A stretch of DNA of 62,455 nucleotides, counting the filler. It is 4 parts of 4 records of this genome, joined end to end, with 100 filler letters (N's around TTAATTAATTAA, not from the genome) between each part and the next. Parts side by side here need not be neighbours in the genome. Positions count along the whole stretch, not along the records: positions 54,852 to 62,455 come from DRR723986_13575; 3 more parts are not named here. The stretch is one strand, 5' to 3'. Position 1 is the first letter of the stretch, and every line of letters begins with the position of its first letter. Position numbers and translations under genes: made by a program. Below, piece after piece: positions 56,087 through 62,455 of this stretch. Under the pieces are notes generated by a model, which was not told the origin of the DNA, searched no databases, and saw only the letters and a program-made list of their open reading frames with translations.

Positions 56087-58158
56087 TCCGCAGCTGGCAT
56101 CTTGGAGATGACAGACAGAGCCTGGTCCTGGCCAGCTTCGACGACCGATTGCCGGAAGCCGTCTACTGGGGGCCCGCCCTTCCCACTGGCGAAAACCTGG
56201 AGACGCTTTCGGCAGCCGCACTTGCCGACGTCACCGGCGGCATGGTCGACCGCAACGCCGGTCTGAGCCTGTGTCCGGAAGCCTCCGAAAGCTTCCCCGG
56301 GCAAACCGGCCTGACTGCAAGGAACGCATCCGGCGCGCCGCTCATGCCCAGTTTCCGGTTCGAAAGCGAAGCAGCTTCGGAGCATGGCCTGACGCTTGTC
56401 TTTGCCGACAACAGCCTTGATCTCAGCCTCGTCTTCGATCTCGTCCTGACACCGGAAACCTCCCTGTTAAAGCTTCAGACACGGCTGGAAAGCGCCGATG
56501 AGATCACGGTCGACTGGCTGGCGGCTCCGGTTCTGCCGGTCCCAGCTCACACTGGCGAGATGATCGAGTTTTCCGGCCGCTGGTGCGCGGAATTCCTGAC
56601 CCGCCGCCTGCCGTTTGCGCCCGGTGCCCGTGTCCGCGACAACCGCACGGGCCGCACGGACCACGCCCATTTCCCGGGGCTTGTTGTCTGCAATGCCGGA
56701 ACGTCCAACACGGCCGGTGAAGCTTTCGCGTTTCACTATGGCTGGTCCGGGGGCCACAAGATGGTTGCCGAGGAACTTGCCGATGGCCGTCGCCAGGTCC
56801 AGTTCGGCCACGCCACTGCCAGCCTTTCCAGCGGACGCCACTTCGTCACCGCACCGCTCTACGCAACCTATTCCGCCACCGGCTTCAACGGTGCCGCCGT
56901 GCGGTTCCAGCGCCACGTTCGCGACCATGTGGTTCAGGGAGCCCGCACTCCCCGCCCGGTCCACTACAATTGCTGGGAAGCGGTCTATTTCAAACACGAC
57001 CTCGACGAACTCAAAGCCATCGCCTCCCAAGCGGCGGGCCTGGGTGCCGAGCGCTTTGTGCTGGACGACGGCTGGTTTGGCCGCCGGGATGACGACACCT
57101 CGTCTCTGGGGGACTGGGTGATCGACAAACGCAAGTACCCGGACGGCCTCACCCCGCTGATCGACCATATCAAGGCGCTCGGCATGGAGTTCGGCATCTG
57201 GTTCGAACCGGAAATGGTCAACGAGGACAGTGACCTCTGCCGCGCCCATCCCGACTGGGTGCTCGGCCACGCCGACCAGATCCGCGGACGCCAGCAACTG
57301 GTGCTGGACATGTCCAACCAGGAGGTACGCGACTATCTTTATGCCCACATCGCCGATGTCCTGAAAAACAACGACATCGGCTACATCAAGTGGGACCACA
57401 ACCGCATCCTGCCCGTGGTCGATGCCGGACAGGCCGAAGGCTTTTACGAGCTTGTCGACCGTCTGCGGTCCGATTTTCCGGCAGTGGAGATCGAGAGCTG
57501 CTCGTCCGGCGGCGGGCGGATCGACTTCGGCGTCCTGGAACGCACGCACCGGGTCTGGCTTTCGGACAGTAACGATGCGCTGGAACGCCAGCGTATTCAG
57601 CACGATGCCGCCCTGTTCCTGCCAGCCTCGGTAACAGGCTCTCACGTCGGGCCCCGTCACTGCCATACTTCCGGCCGCACGCTGGACATTCGTCTGCGCG
57701 CCTGGACCGCGGCTCAACGCCACTTGGGCTTCGAGATGGACCCGCGTGAGCTGACGGAAGCCGAAGCCGAAACGCTGCGCAATGTCACGAGCTGGTGGAA
57801 AGCCAACCGGAGCTGGATGATGCAAGCCGATATCCTGCGGCTCGACAGCGCCGATCCGGCCGTGATCGCAGAACAGCAGCTTGCCGGCGACGGCAGCCGG
57901 TTCGTTGCGTTTGCCGCGCTGACGCGACCAAGTGACCAGATCCTGCCGCGTCCGTTGCGCTTGACCGGTCTGGACCCGCAAGGCAGATACAGGCTATCTC
58001 TCGTCAATCGGGACGAAGCGCCCCGGCTGTCCCGCGGTGCGCCTCTCCTGAAACATCAAGACCTTGAAGCCAGTGGACAATATCTGATGTCCCACGGGCT
58101 CACGCTCCCCTGGCGGTTCCCAGAAACCGTCTGGGTTGTGGAAGGCGAACGTCTTTGA
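56083..58158 (+). CDS. Alpha-galactosidase, GH36
   Basis: YNCWEAVYF, FVLDDGWFG, FGIWFEPEMV, YIKWDHNR, ESCSSGGGR and WLSD motifs. Confidence 0.93.
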   Translation: MIRSWHLGDDRQSLVLASFDDRLPEAVYWGPALPTGENLETLSAAALADVTGGMVDRNAGLSLCPEASESFPGQTGLTARNASGAPLMPSFRFESEAASEHGLTLVFADNSLDLSLVFDLVLTPETSLLKLQTRLESADEITVDWLAAPVLPVPAHTGEMIEFSGRWCAEFLTRRLPFAPGARVRDNRTGRTDHAHFPGLVVCNAGTSNTAGEAFAFHYGWSGGHKMVAEELADGRRQVQFGHATASLSSGRHFVTAPLYATYSATGFNGAAVRFQRHVRDHVVQGARTPRPVHYNCWEAVYFKHDLDELKAIASQAAGLGAERFVLDDGWFGRRDDDTSSLGDWVIDKRKYPDGLTPLIDHIKALGMEFGIWFEPEMVNEDSDLCRAHPDWVLGHADQIRGRQQLVLDMSNQEVRDYLYAHIADVLKNNDIGYIKWDHNRILPVVDAGQAEGFYELVDRLRSDFPAVEIESCSSGGGRIDFGVLERTHRVWLSDSNDALERQRIQHDAALFLPASVTGSHVGPRHCHTSGRTLDIRLRAWTAAQRHLGFEMDPRELTEAEAETLRNVTSWWKANRSWMMQADILRLDSADPAVIAEQQLAGDGSRFVAFAALTRPSDQILPRPLRLTGLDPQGRYRLSLVNRDEAPRLSRGAPLLKHQDLEASGQYLMSHGLTLPWRFPETVWVVEGERL

Positions 58159-58173
58159 GTAACGTTACTCAAA
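58154..58173. promoter_or_regulatory. 20-bp perfect palindrome, LacI-family operator-like
   Basis: TTTGAGTAACGTTACTCAAA with a central CG, overlapping the GH36 stop and 46 nt before the SDR ATG. Confidence 0.6.
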
Positions 58174-58219
58174 ACGAACCGATTTCGGCTTAGGCCGCCA
58201 AAACAATTGAGGAAGTGCC

Positions 58220-58984
58220 ATGTACGCAACATACCCGGATCTCGACAACGCATCGGTATTCATCACCGGTGGCGGCTCCGGCATTGGCGCGGTGCTGACG
58301 GAGGGCTTTCTGCGGCAGGGGGCGAAGGTCGCCTTTGTGCAGCGTTCCGACGCAGCGCCCTTCTGCGACGAGATGGAACAGAAATACGGCCGCCGTCCGC
58401 TGTTCCTGCCCTGTGACATCACAGACATGGCTGCCCTTAAGGCAGCCATGGATCAGGCAGCCGAAGCCCATGGCCCGATCACGGTTCTGGTCAATAATGC
58501 CGCCAACGACAAACGCCACAAGACCGAAGAGGTTGACGAGGCGTTCTGGGACTGGTCCGTGGCGATCAACCTGAAGGCCTATTTCTTTGCCTGCCAGCAT
58601 GTGGTTGCCGGCATGCGAGCGGCCGGCGGTGGCTCCATCGTCAACTTCTCGTCCATCTCCTACATGATGGGCAATGCGGGCTACCCGGTCTACACAACCG
58701 CGAATTCCGGCATCAACGGCATGACCCGCAGCCTCGCACGAGAATTCGGCCCGGAGAACATCCGCGTCAACGCAATTGCGCCCGGCTGGGTCCTGACCCA
58801 GAAGCAGAAGGACATGTGGGTAACACCGGAAGGCCTGGCAGCTCACATCGACCGGCAGTGTCTCAAGGTTGAACTGCAGCCGGACGACATGGTCGACCCG
58901 GTGCTTTTCCTTGCCTCCAGAAGCAGCAAGGCGATGACAGGACAGGCGCTGGTCGTGGATGGCGGCGTGGTGGTGACGGGATGA
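58220..58984 (+). CDS. SDR aldose (probably galactose) 1-dehydrogenase
   Basis: TGGGSGIG, NNAANDKRH, NFSS and IAPGWV motifs; context upstream of dgoK-dgoA. Confidence 0.8.
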   Translation: MYATYPDLDNASVFITGGGSGIGAVLTEGFLRQGAKVAFVQRSDAAPFCDEMEQKYGRRPLFLPCDITDMAALKAAMDQAAEAHGPITVLVNNAANDKRHKTEEVDEAFWDWSVAINLKAYFFACQHVVAGMRAAGGGSIVNFSSISYMMGNAGYPVYTTANSGINGMTRSLAREFGPENIRVNAIAPGWVLTQKQKDMWVTPEGLAAHIDRQCLKVELQPDDMVDPVLFLASRSSKAMTGQALVVDGGVVVTG

Positions 58985-59901
58985 ACACACATCCAAAAGC
59001 GTCCTGGATCGCAGCGGATTGGGGCACCACCAATCTGCGCATCTGGGCGCTTGACGAAGCCGGCGGCATCCTTGCCTATCGCAGCTCCGAAAAGGGCATG
59101 GGCCGACTGGAGAAACAGGATTTCGAACCCGCTCTGATCGAACTGATCGCTGACCTCCTGAAGGACGGTGAGGTCACACCCGTGATCGTCTGCGGCATGG
59201 CCGGGTCCCGGCAGGGTTGGGCCGAAGCTCCCTACATGACCGTACCCTGCGCGCCGCCGTCGATCCGGAACGCTACCGGGGTGGATGCAGCCGACCCGCG
59301 CCTTGACGTGCGCATCCTGCCGGGCATCAAGCAGCTCACACCTCCCGATGTCATGCGCGGCGAGGAAACGCAGATCGCCGGATTCCTTGCGGATAATCAG
59401 AACTATACCGGCACCTTGTGCCTGCCTGGAACGCACACCAAGTGGGTCGCTCTCCAGGACGGACGAATTGAGCGGTTCCGCACCTTCATGACAGGAGAGA
59501 CCTTCGCGCTTCTGTCCAAACACTCCGTCCTGCGGCACGGCCTTTCCGCCGATGACCTCGACAGCACAGCCTTTGCCGAAGCGGCCGAACACAGTTTCAA
59601 TGCCCCCGAAGCGCTGACTGCCGATCTGTTTGGCGTGCGCGCCGCCGGCCTTGTTGCTGACCTTGGCCCGGCACAGGCAAGCGGCAGATTATCGGGGCTT
59701 CTGATCGGAGCCGAACTGGCCGCTGTCAGCCGTGATTTCGACCTTGGTAACACGGCCCTGCTGGGCAGCGACAAGATCGCCGGTGCCTATCGCAGCGCCT
59801 TGACACATCTCGGCCATGCCTCAAGGCAGCTCGATGCGGAAACCATCACCTTGAAGGGGCTGACCCTTGCCTATTCCTTCTACGAACCGGAGCATTCATG
59901 A
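58981..59901 (+). CDS. dgoK: 2-dehydro-3-deoxygalactonokinase
   Basis: [33 protein letters not shown] and MTGE motifs. Confidence 0.93.
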   Translation: MNTHPKASWIAADWGTTNLRIWALDEAGGILAYRSSEKGMGRLEKQDFEPALIELIADLLKDGEVTPVIVCGMAGSRQGWAEAPYMTVPCAPPSIRNATGVDAADPRLDVRILPGIKQLTPPDVMRGEETQIAGFLADNQNYTGTLCLPGTHTKWVALQDGRIERFRTFMTGETFALLSKHSVLRHGLSADDLDSTAFAEAAEHSFNAPEALTADLFGVRAAGLVADLGPAQASGRLSGLLIGAELAAVSRDFDLGNTALLGSDKIAGAYRSALTHLGHASRQLDAETITLKGLTLAYSFYEPEHS

Positions 59902-60512
59902 GCCGTAACCTGATAGCCATCCTGCGCGGCCTGACCCCGGACGAGGCTCTGCCCGTTACCGAATGCCTGATTGCCGCCGGCATCACTCGTATCGAGGTTC
60001 CGCTCAACTCGCCGGACCCGCTTGTCAGCATTGCCGCCATGGCAAAGGCCTTTTCGTCGAGCGCCGAGATCGGCGCAGGCACCGTGCTGGCGCCCGAACA
60101 GGTGCGCGACGTCAAGAACGCCGGCGGCACGCTGATCGTATCGCCCGACTGCAATCCGGATGTCATCAAGACGACGAAAGCCGAAGGCATGTCTTCCTTT
60201 CCAGGTGTGATGACACCAAGCGAGTGCTTCACGGCGCTGCGCAGCGGGGCAGACGGCCTCAAATTCTTTCCCGCCTCGCTCATCGGCCCGGACGGACTGA
60301 GGGCGATGCTGGCGGTATTGCCGAAGGGCACTGCGACCTATGCCGTGGGCGGTGCCGGTCCGGACAATTTCGGGGACTGGATCAAGGCCGGGGCTGCCGG
60401 CTTCGGCATCGGAACGGCTCTGTTCAAACCCGGTTTCAGTGTTGCCGAAGTCAGCGACCGGGCCGAAAAAATCGTCGCCGCCTATGACGCGGCCGTTGCA
60501 GCATGCAGGTGA
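59898..60512 (+). CDS. dgoA: 2-dehydro-3-deoxy-6-phosphogalactonate aldolase
   Basis: LIAILRG, EVPLNSP, GAGTV, TPSE and LKFFPA motifs. Confidence 0.92.
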   Translation: MSRNLIAILRGLTPDEALPVTECLIAAGITRIEVPLNSPDPLVSIAAMAKAFSSSAEIGAGTVLAPEQVRDVKNAGGTLIVSPDCNPDVIKTTKAEGMSSFPGVMTPSECFTALRSGADGLKFFPASLIGPDGLRAMLAVLPKGTATYAVGGAGPDNFGDWIKAGAAGFGIGTALFKPGFSVAEVSDRAEKIVAAYDAAVAACR

Positions 60513-60516
60513 TGTC

Positions 60517-61356
60517 ATGAGCACAGTTTTCGACGAGCGCCAGTGTACCCTTGGCGAAGGCCCGTTGTGGCATCCCGAACGCCAGCAGCTGTTCTGGTTC
60601 GACATTCTCAACAAGCGCCTGCTCAGCCGTGACAACGGCACGGAGAAGACCTGGCAGTTCGATGAATATGTTTCTGCCGCAGGCTGGGTCAGCCGGACCG
60701 AACTCGTGATCGCCAGCTCTTCGAAGCTGTTCCTGTTCAATCTGGAAACGGAAGCCTCCGCAAAGATCTGCGATCTGGAAGCCGACAACGCAATCACGCG
60801 GTCCAACGACGGCAGGGCTGATCCCAAGGGAGGCTTCTGGATCGGCACCATGGGCTTTGGCGCCGAAAAGAACGCCGGATCGATCTACCGCTATTACAAG
60901 GGAGAGCTTCGCAAGCTGTTCTCCGACATCACCATTTCCAACGCGATCTGTTTTTCGCCGGACGGCAAGACAGCCTATTTTGCCGACACCGACACCCTGA
61001 CCATTCAGAAGGTCGCCCTGGATGCCGAGGGCTGGCCAGCAGGTGCGCCGTCCCTGTTCGTCGATCTGTCCGCCGACGGGTTCAATCCGGACGGCGCCGT
61101 GGTCGATAGCGAAGGATTCCTGTGGAACGCCCATTGGGGGGCGAACCACGTAGCGCGCTATACTGCGGACGGGAAATTTGCCGAGGCCGTTTCCATGCCT
61201 GCAAAACAGATTTCCTGCCCGGCATTCGGCGGGGCGGATCTGCAGACGCTCTTTGCCACATCCGCCGCCGAAGGTCTTACAGGCGAGCACGAAGGCAAGA
61301 CCTATTTCGCACAAGTGAAGGTTCGTGGACAGAGCGAGCACAGGGTCTTGCTCTAA
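60517..61356 (+). CDS. SMP-30/gluconolactonase-family sugar lactonase
   Basis: LGEGPLW, RSNDG, SNAICFSPDG, PDGAVVD and CPAFGG motifs. Start moved to ATG 60517. Confidence 0.9.
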   Translation: MSTVFDERQCTLGEGPLWHPERQQLFWFDILNKRLLSRDNGTEKTWQFDEYVSAAGWVSRTELVIASSSKLFLFNLETEASAKICDLEADNAITRSNDGRADPKGGFWIGTMGFGAEKNAGSIYRYYKGELRKLFSDITISNAICFSPDGKTAYFADTDTLTIQKVALDAEGWPAGAPSLFVDLSADGFNPDGAVVDSEGFLWNAHWGANHVARYTADGKFAEAVSMPAKQISCPAFGGADLQTLFATSAAEGLTGEHEGKTYFAQVKVRGQSEHRVLL

Positions 61357-61472
61357 CAGGGCCACAGTCCATCTCCCGGGCAAAGTTTTGGGAGCACCGG
61401 GACAAAATGCAAGTTCAGTGGACCTTTGAAGGGTCCTCAGGCCCCGCCTTTGCGAGAATGACACGGAATATG

Positions 61473-61506
61473 TGGCAACGCTTCACCATCCGGATGAGCG
61501 TTGCCA
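61473..61506. repeat. 10-bp perfect inverted repeat upstream of the GH42 gene
   Basis: TGGCAACGCT-N14-AGCGTTGCCA. Confidence 0.7.
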
Positions 61507-61531
61507 AACCATCAAGCAGTGAGCATCCATC

Positions 61532-62455
61532 ATGAAACGCACTCTCGGCACCTGCTATTATCCGGAACACTGGCCGGAAGAAATCTGGGAAGCTGATGCC
61601 CGCCGGATGGCCGAGACCGGGCTGACATGGATCCGCATCGGTGAATTCGCCTGGTCGCGCCTCGAGCCTCGCCCCGGTGACTTGCACTTCGAGTGGCTGG
61701 ACAGGGCCATCGAGACCTTGGGCCGTGCCGGGTTGAAGGTCGTGCTCGGCACACCGACCGCAACGCCGCCGCGCTGGGTTGTCGACAAGCATCCGGACAT
61801 GGTCGCCGTCGATGCCAACGGCAATCCCCGCAAGTTCGGTTCCCGCCGCCACTACTGCTTTTCGCACGAGGGCTTTCGCCAGGAGAGCGACCGGATCGTG
61901 AAGCTTGTCGCCGAGCGCTACGGCAACAATCCGCATGTCGCCGCTTGGCAGACCGACAACGAATATGGCTGCCACGACACGATTCTCTCCTATTCGGATG
62001 CTGCCCGAAAGGCGTTCCGGGTCTGGCTGAAGGGCCGCTACGGCTCCATCGAGGCGCTCAACCGCGCCTGGGGCAACGTGTTCTGGTCTATGGAGTATCT
62101 CTCCTTTGACGAGATCGACCTGCCGAACCTGACCGTAACCGAACCAAACCCCTCGCACACGCTTGCCTTCCGGCGGTTCTCCTCCGATCAAGTGGTTACC
62201 TTCAACAAGCGCCAGGTCGATATCATCCGGGCGCATTCCAGCGCACCGATCAGCCACAACTACATGGGCCGCGTAACGGACTTCGACCACTTCAAGGTCG
62301 GCGACGATCTCGAGATCGCGACATGGGACAGCTACCCGCTCGGCTTTCTGGAAGACCGTGTCGGCGCGGATGACGCCCATCAGCGGGCCTTCATGCGCCA
62401 GGGCGATCCGGACTTCCAGGCCTTCCACCACGATCTTTACCGTGCCGTTGGCAAG
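61532..62455 (+). CDS. Beta-galactosidase, GH42 (runs off the window; absent from ORF track)
   Basis: Translated by eye: MKRTLGTCYYPEHW, RIGEFAWSRLEP, VLGTPTATPP, FGSRRHYC, WQTDNEYGCH, LNRAWGNVFWS and WDSYP. Confidence 0.93.
   Translation, partial: MKRTLGTCYYPEHWPEEIWEADARRMAETGLTWIRIGEFAWSRLEPRPGDLHFEWLDRAIETLGRAGLKVVLGTPTATPPRWVVDKHPDMVAVDANGNPRKFGSRRHYCFSHEGFRQESDRIVKLVAERYGNNPHVAAWQTDNEYGCHDTILSYSDAARKAFRVWLKGRYGSIEALNRAWGNVFWSMEYLSFDEIDLPNLTVTEPNPSHTLAFRRFSSDQVVTFNKRQVDIIRAHSSAPISHNYMGRVTDFDHFKVGDDLEIATWDSYPLGFLEDRVGADDAHQRAFMRQGDPDFQAFHHDLYRAVGK

Noticed and set aside
56467-57981. 504-aa minus-strand ORF
   Set aside because: Antisense shadow of the GH36 gene in high-GC DNA, with no recognisable motifs.
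59880-61464. 323-aa and 337-aa minus-strand ORFs
   Set aside because: Shadows of dgoA and the lactonase gene.
61415-62431. 338-aa minus-strand ORF
   Set aside because: Antisense to the GH42 gene, which the ORF track missed because it has no stop in the window.

Overview
The window is not one continuous genome. It is four contigs joined by three artificial 100-nt linkers (44 N + TTAATTAATTAA + 44 N) at 27393-27492, 41503-41602 and 54752-54851. Contig A (1-27392) is the origin-proximal core of a Roseobacter-group (Rhodobacteraceae) chromosome: regA-senC/regB, divL with a perfect CtrA box, tsaE-amgK-murU-addBA-trxA, hslV and hslU split by a BrnTA toxin-antitoxin pair and a DM13 gene, then smr-mltA-timA/fxsA-secB, dnaQ-coaE-aroE-maf, a DnaA-box-rich probable oriC, hemJ and rho. 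Contigs B (27493-41502) and C (41603-54751) look like an FCB-superphylum bacterium (Kapabacteria/Ignavibacteria-like; inference from gene content). B carries holA, two stand-alone receivers, oppCB, an HD-GYP protein, murI, a 1227-aa T9SS-type Ig-repeat surface protein with a beta-barrel and a DUF1573 protein, and an uncharacterised coupled gene pair (39831-41350) that is my best candidate for an undescribed toxin/defence module. C carries a Cys-rich repeat protein, a bCerS/YghO-like GNAT, purF, a TolB-like lipoprotein, an AAA+/vWA operon and a PD40-OmpA protein. Contig D (54852-62455) is a higher-GC alphaproteobacterial galactoside uptake and De Ley-Doudoroff cluster (ABC permeases, GH36, SDR, dgoK, dgoA, lactonase, GH42). 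I found no CRISPR array, rRNA, tRNA or transposase. All product calls come from motif recognition by eye, not database searches.
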